Below, one piece after another: positions 38,707 through 47,435 of a stretch of 53,485 nucleotides of DNA. The stretch spans positions 1 to 53,485 of IMG/VR virus record IMGVR_UViG_3300042292_001278, one strand, 5' to 3'. The translations under genes were made by a program, and so were the position numbers. The stretch comes from a virus. Each line of letters starts with the position of its first letter. Position 1 is the stretch's first letter. The notes beneath the pieces were generated by a model that saw only the letters and a program-made list of their open reading frames with translations, was not told where the DNA came from and did not search any database.

Positions 38707-38746
38707 TCAAGATGGGATGATCACCCATTATTGTTGATCCAATATC
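38656..38746. repeat. 15-bp perfect inverted repeat bracketing the degenerate terminal CRISPR repeat
   Basis: GATATTGGATCAACA (38656-38670) and TGTTGATCCAATATC (38732-38746). Confidence 0.9.
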
Positions 38747-38876
38747 TGACCAATTCCGAGAGGGATAGATTTCTTGAGGATGCGATCGCCTCTAGCCTTT
38801 CCCTCTCGACTTCTGAAAGCATTACCAGAATAGCCTTTTGGCGTTTCTCGGCTTTTTTCCATTTACCCCTTGACAT
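38721..38876 (-). CDS. Small ribbon-helix-helix-like protein
   Basis: MSRGKWKKAEKRQKAILVMLSEVERERLEAIASSRNLSLSELVRYWINNNG. Confidence 0.6.
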   Translation of the reverse strand: MSRGKWKKAEKRQKAILVMLSEVERERLEAIASSRNLSLSELVRYWINNNG

Positions 38877-38943
38877 ATTTTTAAATTTTATATATGATTT
38901 AAGAATAACAAATTTACAGGGTCGCCGCCAAATCGGGCTGAAT

Positions 38944-39555
38944 ATGAAAAACTCCACAATCTCCACCGCTAAAGAAATTTCCAAAAGAATCAATCAATTA
39001 AATAATTTGATTGCAAAATTCCCCCGCGTCCGAAGCCTAATTCGGAAGTGGGCTTTTGAATTGACTATTCTTGAGGGGCGGTTAGAAGCCCTGAAAGCGG
39101 TGGCGGTTGTGGAGACTCCAAAGCAGTTAACTATTTGGGATATGCCACAAAAAATTGACTGGTTTTTTCCTCCCCTTGTGGGGTCGGAAAAGCAAATTCA
39201 GTGGGCGGATAAACTCCGCCGTGATTTTGCTGAATATTATTCTTCTCTGGGTGGCGAACCTGGAGGTGGCGAAATCAAAATCAAGAAAGCGGTAGGCATT
39301 GCAGTTTCAGCCAAGTTCTGGATCGAAAACCGCGATTTTTGCGAAAAAATATCTTGGGAAAATATGACCAAGGTTTTGAGGGAATTGGCTGCCTTGGTTA
39401 ACGAATGCCAACCTTGGTATAGCGATTCCGATCAGTCGGAATTTAAACAAATTCTGAAAGATAAAAAATCAATCCTCAGATTATTGAGGATTGACAAAGC
39501 AGGGATCGTCGCCTGTTGCAATCAACAGAGTCAAAACAGACGCTTCAATGGATAA
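38944..39555 (+). CDS. Hypothetical protein (start revised)
   Basis: MKNSTISTAKEISKRINQLNNLIAKFPRVRSLIRKWAFELT. Confidence 0.5.
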   Translation: MKNSTISTAKEISKRINQLNNLIAKFPRVRSLIRKWAFELTILEGRLEALKAVAVVETPKQLTIWDMPQKIDWFFPPLVGSEKQIQWADKLRRDFAEYYSSLGGEPGGGEIKIKKAVGIAVSAKFWIENRDFCEKISWENMTKVLRELAALVNECQPWYSDSDQSEFKQILKDKKSILRLLRIDKAGIVACCNQQSQNRRFNG

Positions 39556-39617
39556 TTTATGGGCTGGGTGCGATGCCTTAAATCCGCGCAAAAGTTAACG
39601 ATATAAAGGTAGGAAAA

Positions 39618-39908
39618 ATGAATAAAAAATTGGTTGATTTGATTAAAATTATGCCTAATCCTAAAGCTACTTGGTTAGCTCTGGAAATGGGATTGCTAAA
39701 TGATTCGGATGATAAATTTATTTTAGGGGGCGCGATATTAGAAACCGTCCCCGAAAACAAGCGAGGCAATCCAAAAATTATTTCTGCGATATATGAAATC
39801 GCAGAGATAGCCTTAGAGCGTTATCAAAGCATTTACAAAGGATTGCCCTCAGAATGGAATAATCATCGCTTACAAGTCAGAAAGTCAGTGTTTGGATGGT
39901 TATTATGA
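39618..39908 (+). CDS. Hypothetical protein
   Basis: 96-aa ORF. Confidence 0.45.
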   Translation: MNKKLVDLIKIMPNPKATWLALEMGLLNDSDDKFILGGAILETVPENKRGNPKIISAIYEIAEIALERYQSIYKGLPSEWNNHRLQVRKSVFGWLL

Positions 39909-40189
39909 CTCAAAAACTTTTACACGCCCGTTACTGGAAGGCGGACGGTACCGGAGAAAACCGAACATCCTACGACCCCCACGGATTCGGGTTAAAAACC
40001 CTAGAAACTATGGATGCCCTGATCAATAGCTTAGGCTTAAAACAAGTTGAGGGAGTGTCTTTGAATGGGGTTCTCGTCAATCATCACAAAGGCAAGCTCG
40101 CAGATATTGGGCATCAGGTTCACATCGCGGCAACCGCCGAACAGTGGGAAGCTGCGAAACAATATTGGGAATCAGGGGCTTTTGATTAA
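39896..40189 (+). CDS. Hypothetical protein
   Basis: 97-aa ORF. Confidence 0.45.
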   Translation: MVIMTQKLLHARYWKADGTGENRTSYDPHGFGLKTLETMDALINSLGLKQVEGVSLNGVLVNHHKGKLADIGHQVHIAATAEQWEAAKQYWESGAFD

Positions 40190-40216
40190 GAAGTTAAAAC
40201 CATTGGGACAAAAAAC

Positions 40217-40531
40217 ATGAACGCACTAACATTGAAAGACTTGGTATCTCAAACCGATAATTTTGAACCCGAAGCTATTGAATTGGTATTAAATCGCGTT
40301 GATGAATTTGACGCTTTGGGTTTTGGTATTGACGTTGTTGATTGGGAAGTCATAGGTACTGGCAACAGTAAACAGGTCGGAGTCTTATTTGATATGAAAA
40401 ATGACCGCTATGGCTACTACACCGATAATGGTCAAACCGTCTTGGTTAAGCTAGATAAAACCTATCAAGAGTTACCTGATTGGGGGAACTGTTGGGATGA
40501 TTGCCCTGAAGTCTTGAAAAATTGGGATTAA
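40217..40531 (+). CDS. Hypothetical protein
   Basis: 104-aa ORF. Confidence 0.5.
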   Translation: MNALTLKDLVSQTDNFEPEAIELVLNRVDEFDALGFGIDVVDWEVIGTGNSKQVGVLFDMKNDRYGYYTDNGQTVLVKLDKTYQELPDWGNCWDDCPEVLKNWD

Positions 40532-40624
40532 TTGATCAACAATTGGGATCTCAACTTCCTAAACACTCAAAAACTCCACAGTGAAAGGGTTTAACTACAT
40601 TGAATATACCTTGGGGTGGTAGGG

Positions 40625-40652
40625 GTCGCAGGTTCAAATCCTGTCGCTCCGA
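40625..40652 (+). other. tRNA 3'-end fragment (T-arm plus acceptor 3' strand): candidate attachment-site core
   Basis: GTCGCAGGTTCAAATCCTGTCGCTCCGA folds as T-stem GCAGG/CCTGT with TTCAAAT loop; no matching 5' half upstream; integrase follows. Confidence 0.75.
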
Positions 40653-40659
40653 TAGACGC

Positions 40660-40692
40660 AAAAGCCAGATTCTATAAAGGGTCTGGCTTTTT
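40660..40692 (+). terminator. Terminator-like hairpin after att fragment
   Basis: AAAAGCCAGA...TCTGGCTTTTT. Confidence 0.6.
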
Positions 40693-40717
40693 CCCGTCTG
40701 ATGGTTGATAATCTTCT

Positions 40718-40747
40718 ATTAGACAAGATTAGACAAAATTAGACAAG
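40718..40747 (+). repeat. Three tandem 10-bp repeats ATTAGACAA(G/A)
   Basis: attagacaag attagacaaa attagacaag between att fragment and integrase. Confidence 0.8.
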
Positions 40748-40773
40748 ATTAGCCTGATTATTGATCATCAATT

Positions 40774-41910
40774 GTGACTCAGAAGAAAGCACCCAAGGGA
40801 AGCGTACAGGTCAAAACTACCATCAGTTCGGCGGGGGTGGGGTGGCTCCGGCTGGTTTGGAGTCACCAGGGCAAAAGATATTTTTTGAGCTTAGGATTGG
40901 AGGATAACCCCCTAAATCAGATGGTGGCTCAAAGACTCGCGCTACAGATTCAGGGTGACTGCGCCACGGGAAACTTCGATAGCTCCTTGATTAAATACAA
41001 ACCGCAATCAGAAATAGAATTGAAACCCGTCACGGTTTCAGTTGTCGGGCTAATTGAGCAATATTTAATTTTCAAACAGCAACAAATTGAATCAGAAACG
41101 CTTTATAAATACAATCATTTCTTGCCCAGGATTAAACAATATTTTGGTAATGATAGCCTGACTGAAAAATCCGCTTTTGGCTTTCGTGATTGGCTGCTAC
41201 AACACAACGAACCCGCCACAGTTAGGGAAAGAATTGTATTCTTAAATGCTGTTTACGAGTGGGGGATTAAGCGTCAATTAGTTGAGAATAATCCCTGGAC
41301 TGAAGTATCGGTCAAGGTTCCGCCAAAACGACGGTTGAAGCCATTTTCAATTGAGGAAATAAAACGGATTTTAGAAGGGTTTGCAACGGATCAATATTAT
41401 TCCCATTACCTCCCCTACGTTGAGTTTTTACTGGGTACAGGTTGCCGCCCGGGTGAAGCAAACGGGCTCCAGTGGAAACATTTCTCAGAAGATTGTGGAG
41501 AGGTTCTAATAGCCTGTAAATTAACGGTATCCGGTGAGCGGAAATCGACTAAAACTAATCGTGATCGCTTAATCCCCCTACCCTCACGCCTTCAAAATAT
41601 TCTCAAAGCAATCCGTCCGATTGACCCCGACCCGGAGGCTCCGGTTTTTGTCTCCTTGACTGGATTGCCAATTGATTCCCACAACTTCAGGAATCGGGCT
41701 TGGAAACAGGTTTTAGCTAAGGTTGGCGTGGAATATCGCAAGCCCGGAAACTGCCGCCATACTCTAATTTCTCACGGGTTATCACAAGGGAAAAGCCCTG
41801 CTGAAATGGCAGAACTCGCAGGGAATAGAATTGAGACTATTTACAATAATTATGCTGGGAGCGTGATCCACCGACCATCTTTACCAGTATTGCTCCCAGA
41901 TGACGAATAA
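40774..41910 (+). CDS. int: Tyrosine recombinase/integrase (GTG start)
   Basis: GTGCRPGEANGLQWKHF...GNCRHTLISHGLSQGKSPAEMAELAGNRIETIYNNYAG. Confidence 0.9.
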   Translation: MTQKKAPKGSVQVKTTISSAGVGWLRLVWSHQGKRYFLSLGLEDNPLNQMVAQRLALQIQGDCATGNFDSSLIKYKPQSEIELKPVTVSVVGLIEQYLIFKQQQIESETLYKYNHFLPRIKQYFGNDSLTEKSAFGFRDWLLQHNEPATVRERIVFLNAVYEWGIKRQLVENNPWTEVSVKVPPKRRLKPFSIEEIKRILEGFATDQYYSHYLPYVEFLLGTGCRPGEANGLQWKHFSEDCGEVLIACKLTVSGERKSTKTNRDRLIPLPSRLQNILKAIRPIDPDPEAPVFVSLTGLPIDSHNFRNRAWKQVLAKVGVEYRKPGNCRHTLISHGLSQGKSPAEMAELAGNRIETIYNNYAGSVIHRPSLPVLLPDDE

Positions 41911-41961
41911 ATTCCATAATCTGTTATAAACTGGGGAATAGTTATATAGGATATTTTTTTT

Positions 41962-42159
41962 ATGAGACCCCACGAAAACAGACAAGAGATTAAGGCTAGA
42001 CTCAAGCCAGAAGATAGGGAGAAGTTGAAAGCCCTAGTTGTTGGCATGGGTTATCGGTATTGGAGGCAGGAGTCGGCGGAACCCGCATGGACAGAATTTC
42101 TGGAGGCGATCACCCGTGGCGATATAATTCTTTACAAAAAAGTCGGGGGAGGGGGTTGA
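41962..42159 (+). CDS. Small hypothetical protein
   Basis: 65-aa ORF. Confidence 0.4.
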   Translation: MRPHENRQEIKARLKPEDREKLKALVVGMGYRYWRQESAEPAWTEFLEAITRGDIILYKKVGGGG

Positions 42160-42274
42160 CCTTTTGGGATAAGTGGGGTACAGTTATAAGTGCAGAAGGT
42201 TAAAAGTTAAGCAAGTAAGGTGGCTGCCCTACTTGCTCTCAAGTCAATCATTTTAGGTCAATTAGGAGTATACC

Positions 42275-42616
42275 ATGAAAGTTAAAGTCTATTTCAATCT
42301 CCATAAGAGATGTTTTTCGGTAGTCGCCCTTGAAGGTGAAAATAAGGGGCGGGTAATAGCCCACGAAACAGAAGTTAAATTAATAAATGCTACATTCAAA
42401 GTTTCTGAAGCCGGACGGCAACGGGTGATCCGAGAGCAGCGTAAAAACGTCCACGCTTGCGTTGTAGGAACATTGACTGACACAGTGAAAAACTGTGATC
42501 AAGCTGTTACTTACAACCCCTACAAATACAACTCATTTGTGTTTAAAAAGGATGAATCCCCTGTGTTGACGGCTCAAAACGTTTTGCTAATCAACAAGCA
42601 AATTTTTATCAACTAA
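42275..42616 (+). CDS. Hypothetical protein
   Basis: 113-aa ORF. Confidence 0.45.
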   Translation: MKVKVYFNLHKRCFSVVALEGENKGRVIAHETEVKLINATFKVSEAGRQRVIREQRKNVHACVVGTLTDTVKNCDQAVTYNPYKYNSFVFKKDESPVLTAQNVLLINKQIFIN

Positions 42617-42629
42617 ACAGGAGGATATT

Positions 42630-42788
42630 ATGATTTATCGCATTACACGGGTCAAAACTGCGCCCAACAAGGCAAACAGACAAGGGTATTACCTCGAAGC
42701 CCTAAATGAACTAGAGGCTTTGACAAGGTTTTATACCCAATTCCCTGATTTTGTAGGGGAAGAATTAGAGTTAGAGGAATGGAATTAA
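42630..42788 (+). CDS. Small hypothetical protein
   Basis: Manual translation MIYRITRVKTAPNKANRQGYYLEALNELEALTRFYTQFPDFVGEELELEEWN*; GGAGG RBS. Confidence 0.4.
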   Translation: MIYRITRVKTAPNKANRQGYYLEALNELEALTRFYTQFPDFVGEELELEEWN

Positions 42789-42813
42789 AAGACCTCTAAT
42801 TCAACTTAAAACT

Positions 42814-42840
42814 AACCAGGGAATATAAACCCCTGGTTTT
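42814..42840. terminator. Terminator hairpin
   Basis: AACCAGGG-AATATAAAC-CCCTGGTTTT. Confidence 0.65.
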
Positions 42841-42847
42841 TTGCTGT

Positions 42848-43444
42848 TTATCTAATCACAGGGACAGGAATAATCCCCATCAGAATGCCAGATATTTCCT
42901 GAGTTATTCGGGTAGTTGTTTGCGTTGCGTTAATCACAATCCAGTTATTCTCCCTCGCCAATTCAAGATATCCAAACCGAACCCGATCTAAAAAAAGTAA
43001 GTCTCTTTCAACCTTGTCCAGAGGTTTGTCGAGATCGCGGCGCACCGCCACCTCAACAGGACAATCGAACAAAATCACCATATCGGGATCAATTCCCCCC
43101 GTCGCCTCGTGATTTAGCTTCCTTAAATTATCTAAATTAAGCCCGTGCCCATACCCCTGATAAGCAAGAGTTGAATCCGTGTATCGATCGCACAATACCA
43201 AATCAGAATCTTCTAACAAATATCTAATCGTGGGATTGTGTTTAATCCTATCCTTCAGGATTAATTTAAGCTGCTGCTCCGGTGTCAAAAGCCCATTCTT
43301 TAATTCAAACCGAACGTCATAATCACAGGGTTCTCTTGTGATGTAAAACTTTAACTTTAACGCCGTGAAATGGTCGCAAAGTTTTCTAATTTGGGTTGTT
43401 TTGCCACTGCGGTCAATGCCTTCAAAAGCAATCAATTTACTCAT
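42848..43444 (-). CDS. tmk: Thymidylate kinase-like nucleotide kinase
   Basis: MSKLIAFEGIDRSGKTTQIRKL...VLCDRYTDSTLAYQGYGHGL. Confidence 0.88.
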   Translation of the reverse strand: MSKLIAFEGIDRSGKTTQIRKLCDHFTALKLKFYITREPCDYDVRFELKNGLLTPEQQLKLILKDRIKHNPTIRYLLEDSDLVLCDRYTDSTLAYQGYGHGLNLDNLRKLNHEATGGIDPDMVILFDCPVEVAVRRDLDKPLDKVERDLLFLDRVRFGYLELARENNWIVINATQTTTRITQEISGILMGIIPVPVIR

Positions 43445-43887
43445 TTCATCCTCATCCAATTTTTAATCAAATCATCTTTAATCATATCTTGCCGTACTAA
43501 TTGAATTATATATTCTCTAGCTTCCTCCAGTGTCAATATATTGACATTACGTTTAATTATCGCAAGTTTAAATTCTTGCTCCATTGTTAGCTGTGTTGGT
43601 TCCATTTCCGTTGTTATAAGAATATCAACACATAGATTATATCAAAAAATATTTTGATTTTTATATCTCTTTAATACAGAATCAAAATATTTTTTTGATT
43701 TACCTGTTGCCAATTGCTCCTGATAATGGATTTAATTTGCCAATGCGTATTCTAATATTGCCTGATAATCAGGAAAGTGATAGGCTATTTGACCCCCAAG
43801 GAGTGAGGAGAGTTCTTTTAGTGCGGATGCGTATCCATCCTTTGTTGGTGAATTCATTTTTTATTAATGTTTACTCATGGGATTAAA

Positions 43888-43919
43888 CCCTCTAAATATT
43901 TTAGAGGGTTATTTTTTGA
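43888..43919. terminator. Terminator hairpin
   Basis: AACCCTCTAAATATTTTAGAGGGTT followed by ATTTTTT. Confidence 0.75.
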
Positions 43920-44097
43920 TTATAGGGATAGGGATGTTGATTTTGTATCAGGGGGATACAAAATCAAAAATAATTAAAGTTATGGCTTGACATTCTAAGA
44001 AGTGGGGGTTAATGTAGAGAAAAGGCAAGGGCAGAGTCCTGATTTCGCGGTCTAACTCCACCCTTGCAGTGAACAAGTCACTTGAGAGGATCTTACC

Positions 44098-46035
44098 ATG
44101 TCACTGAATAGCAAGCGTTGTCCATTAGCCGTCCGAGTCCGCAACAGTCAAACCCTTGAAGAAGCTCTTTTTGAAGAAGGAGTTGCTCTTGAATCCGGAC
44201 GACTGGAAATCATCTTCAATACCAACACCCGCGAACTAACGTGGGAAGAAGTCGAATACATACAATCACTTTTTACAGCACCTAATTTTCGATGGGAGTC
44301 AAAATCTTTTGATGTTGAAATCTTTGAACAATTAATTAAAGATAAGTCGAGAGGGGCGCGGTTTATCGCCTATCAGGTAGTAGAAGCCGAGAAGCAAGAC
44401 AAGCAATTTGACATGACACAAACCCGAAAAGATTGGGCTGCAACCAAAGAGCTTCGGCGTTGGGCAAAGTCCCGAACTGAAGATTTAGCCCTTTGTGGTT
44501 TGGGTTATAAAAAAGTTTTAACAACTAATGGGTGGGAACCACTATCTCGTCACGTCAACAGTTACACAGGCGAAAAAGAGGAAGACTGCGAACAAATCCG
44601 TTTTGCTGTGGATACCGGAACGTTGTTAGGTTTGGGCATCCGCTTTGACTGGCAAGCCGAGCGATTTCTGAACCTCTACAAAGAGGTAATGAACTCCAAG
44701 AGGTCATGGGGTAGTTGCTATCAGGTTGACCATGCGAAAGTATTGGCGATCGCAACAACGCCAAACTACAATAAACTCCCGTTATGGGTTAAAAAGCAAT
44801 TAGTTCAAGCCGATGCGTTTGAAGTTAACTCCGAACGAGTTGGCAATATTTGGCGGCTTCGAGACTGCGCCCGTGCATGGAAATGGTGTGGCGATCTACC
44901 AAAAGGAATTGCCGAACGTATTGGACGGATGCCAGTTAAAAGCCGTTTCTTGGCTAAATTGGCATGGGAGGAAATCAATCAAGGCGTTAGCACTGGATGG
45001 AAAGGTTATCACTCCCTAGGATGGAAGTCCGCATGGCGTGGGGAAACTTACAACCGCCATGAATTGACAGCAGCTTTTTGGGCAAAATTCCGAGAATTGT
45101 CTCGGATGCCATTTGTTGAACTATTACCTTTGTTTATGGTTTACGGTAATGGCAACCGAGACACCAAAAAATATTATCAAACACTTTTAGAAGTAGTGTT
45201 AGAACTCCCTTATCAAACACTGCCCTGGACTTGTTTAAATCGTCGGGACAATCAAGACAGTTTGCTATTGGGGTTAGCTGATTATCTCTCCCCTCAGCAA
45301 GCCTGCAAACACCTTTTTGGAGTGTCAGGAAAAGCCACTCTCAAGGCTTTTCAACAGTCCCAACCCGAAGCCCGTCAATGGGCGGTGGTGTTGGCTCATG
45401 GCAATGCTGATTTACTTCAAAAATATTTCACCGTGACTAATTGTATTGAGTTTGAGGAGGATGCGATCGCATTCCTCAAATCACTATCTCCAGAAGCAGC
45501 TTTGCGGATGATTCAAACTACTGAGTTTAAAGTCCGTGGGGAGGTTCATCCAGTGGACTCAAATACAGTCCGAGACACGGGTTATTTGTTCAAGCGATTA
45601 GAAGATAACGGTGGCGTTCCTAACTTGGGGCGGGTGCGTTGTTGGTTATCCGTTCATGAACAGTTAGCTAAGGAATACGTCAACCGACTCCCTGATTTCC
45701 CCCTAAAAGTTAACCCCGACTTCCAACGGGTGCAAGGACTGTGTTCTGTTGACGGTTCTTGGGAGATTGAGATCCCAACTTGTAACGCGCAGTTAAAACT
45801 ATGGGGTCAACAGTTATCCCACTGCGTCGGCGGCTATGGGGAAGCTGTTAACTCCGGTCGGTCAATCATTTTGGCTATCCGAGAATACGGTCGTGTTACC
45901 TATACCGTTGAAATGGTCAAAGCAGGCAACTCCTACGCTTGTCAGCAGTTCTATGGATATCGCAACAACAGCGCACCTAAAGAACTTCGAGGCTCCGTCT
46001 TGGATGCCTTGTCTCAAGCAAACCTCTGTAAATAA
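44098..46035 (+). CDS. PcfJ-like protein
   Basis: GSWEIEIPTCNAQLKLWGQQLSHCVGGYGEAVNSGRSIILAIREYGRVTYTVEM. Confidence 0.7.
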   Translation: MSLNSKRCPLAVRVRNSQTLEEALFEEGVALESGRLEIIFNTNTRELTWEEVEYIQSLFTAPNFRWESKSFDVEIFEQLIKDKSRGARFIAYQVVEAEKQDKQFDMTQTRKDWAATKELRRWAKSRTEDLALCGLGYKKVLTTNGWEPLSRHVNSYTGEKEEDCEQIRFAVDTGTLLGLGIRFDWQAERFLNLYKEVMNSKRSWGSCYQVDHAKVLAIATTPNYNKLPLWVKKQLVQADAFEVNSERVGNIWRLRDCARAWKWCGDLPKGIAERIGRMPVKSRFLAKLAWEEINQGVSTGWKGYHSLGWKSAWRGETYNRHELTAAFWAKFRELSRMPFVELLPLFMVYGNGNRDTKKYYQTLLEVVLELPYQTLPWTCLNRRDNQDSLLLGLADYLSPQQACKHLFGVSGKATLKAFQQSQPEARQWAVVLAHGNADLLQKYFTVTNCIEFEEDAIAFLKSLSPEAALRMIQTTEFKVRGEVHPVDSNTVRDTGYLFKRLEDNGGVPNLGRVRCWLSVHEQLAKEYVNRLPDFPLKVNPDFQRVQGLCSVDGSWEIEIPTCNAQLKLWGQQLSHCVGGYGEAVNSGRSIILAIREYGRVTYTVEMVKAGNSYACQQFYGYRNNSAPKELRGSVLDALSQANLCK

Positions 46036-46046
46036 GGAAAACTCCA

Positions 46047-46139
46047 ATGACAAATCAAATCATTTCAATCGTTCTCGAATCTCTGTTAGGTGCTGGCTGT
46101 GGCATCCTCGCAGCCTATTTACTCCGCAAATTCAATTAA
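46047..46139 (+). CDS. 30-aa single-pass membrane peptide
   Basis: Manual translation MTNQIISIVLESLLGAGCGILAAYLLRKFN*; GGA-type RBS. Confidence 0.35.
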   Translation: MTNQIISIVLESLLGAGCGILAAYLLRKFN

Positions 46140-46152
46140 AAAGGAAACCACC

Positions 46153-46506
46153 ATGAATATTGACAATTACTCGGAAATCTTAAAACAAGCGTTTGAATTA
46201 GGAAAAGCCAATCACCCCGATGCACCGAATCAACATCATTGTGCATTTGCCAACTCCGTCGCCTGTTTTGTGACGGGAGCGAGTGGGGGATATGGGGGGC
46301 CGTCAGTCCGTGAGCATACATCCGAAAGAATGGGAAGCCGCGAAAAACGAATGGGGGAATGGAGTTTTGAAGATGCTGTCAAATTTTGTGAGTCGATATG
46401 CTATGGGGAATTGACCGACTACCATAAGGAAGTTTTCAAGATGGAGTATTGCTTTGATGATACGAAGGAGGATCTGGAAATTCTCCAGGGTCAGTTTCCT
46501 TCCTAG
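46153..46506 (+). CDS. Hypothetical protein
   Basis: Start revised to MNIDNYSEILKQAFELGKANH. Confidence 0.5.
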   Translation: MNIDNYSEILKQAFELGKANHPDAPNQHHCAFANSVACFVTGASGGYGGPSVREHTSERMGSREKRMGEWSFEDAVKFCESICYGELTDYHKEVFKMEYCFDDTKEDLEILQGQFPS

Positions 46507-46631
46507 GCACTGCAAGATTTGTGGGCTATCTCTATCCCCTCAAAATCGTTCAGGGTATTGCAAACAACACCGAGAGCATAATCCTGAACGCAAGAAAAGA
46601 AAAACCCACAAATATAGACACAGATAATTTT

Positions 46632-46664
46632 AAACCCTCTAAATATTTAGAGGGTTTATTTTTT
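46632..46664. terminator. Perfect palindromic terminator, near copy of the 43888 terminator
   Basis: AAACCCTCTAAAT|ATTTAGAGGGTTT ATTTTTT. Confidence 0.8.
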
Positions 46665-46666
46665 GA

Positions 46667-47188
46667 TTAGCTCATGCTCAATATAAACGCCTCTTGTTCC
46701 TCAATGACTCGCCATTCCTGTCTATCTTCTTCGAGCCAATTGATATTTTTAGCTAATTCGGCACAGTACATCGCCCGTTTTTGTTCAACAGTCCATCTAG
46801 GGAGCGCGAAGGCATCCGTAAACAGATCCGCGTCGGATGATAAGGACTGATAAGCTAACAACGCCACGGCTTTCATTTTGCCCTGTTGCGCGGCGTAAAT
46901 CTTGAGCCGTTGCCAGTCCGAGAGGGAGATCGTCGTTGCCTTTGTGCCACCGCCGTTGATGGAATCTAGTTCTGCCTCAACCGGTAAGCCGGTATAACCT
47001 ATACCCTGAAGGGCTTTGAGTGTTCTCCCTTTTTTATCAGTAAGTCGGTATAGCCAGTTTTCCGCATACCCTAAAGCCAAACTCGCCCCAACCATCCCAA
47101 CTCGGAACTCGCCATTGGGCATCATGTACCCATCAACAGAAATTCCTTCTACATATTCGATAGTCGCCCGTTGTGATTTAATTGTCAT
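46667..47188 (-). CDS. Hypothetical protein, antirepressor-like
   Basis: ISVDGYMMPNGEFRVGMVGASLALGYAENWLYRL...TTISLSDWQRLKIYAAQQG. Confidence 0.4.
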   Translation of the reverse strand: MTIKSQRATIEYVEGISVDGYMMPNGEFRVGMVGASLALGYAENWLYRLTDKKGRTLKALQGIGYTGLPVEAELDSINGGGTKATTISLSDWQRLKIYAAQQGKMKAVALLAYQSLSSDADLFTDAFALPRWTVEQKRAMYCAELAKNINWLEEDRQEWRVIEEQEAFILSMS

Positions 47189-47435
47189 TGTGACTATTTC
47201 CTTAATTAATGGTTACGGCTCCTGGGTGCGACGAACACCGCGAGGAGCATTTCTATTATTAATTATATCAATATTTTATTAGTTTGTCTGTTAATTAAGC
47301 CACGTCAAACAAACTTAATTGCTTAAATTCCGGTTGTTTTAACTCCATGATTTCTAACTCTGTTTCTGAATATTCCCTGGGTTGGGAGATGCGATCGTGT
47401 GATACAATATAATCAGATTATTGGGTAACAACACA

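Noticed and set aside
36059-38746. Intact IS200/IS605 transposon.
   Set aside because: No TnpA (Y1 transposase) or recognizable LE/RE ends were seen; an array directly downstream of iscB argues for a non-mobile system.
40566-40652. Complete tRNA gene upstream of integrase.
   Set aside because: Only the T-arm and acceptor 3' strand fold; no acceptor 5' partner (CGGAGCG-like), D-arm or anticodon arm upstream.
42848-43444. Thymidylate kinase as part of a thymine hypermodification pathway.
   Set aside because: No thymidylate synthase homolog or base hydroxymethylase nearby; the kinase is a common phage nucleotide metabolism gene and lies 38 kb from the cytosine modification operon.
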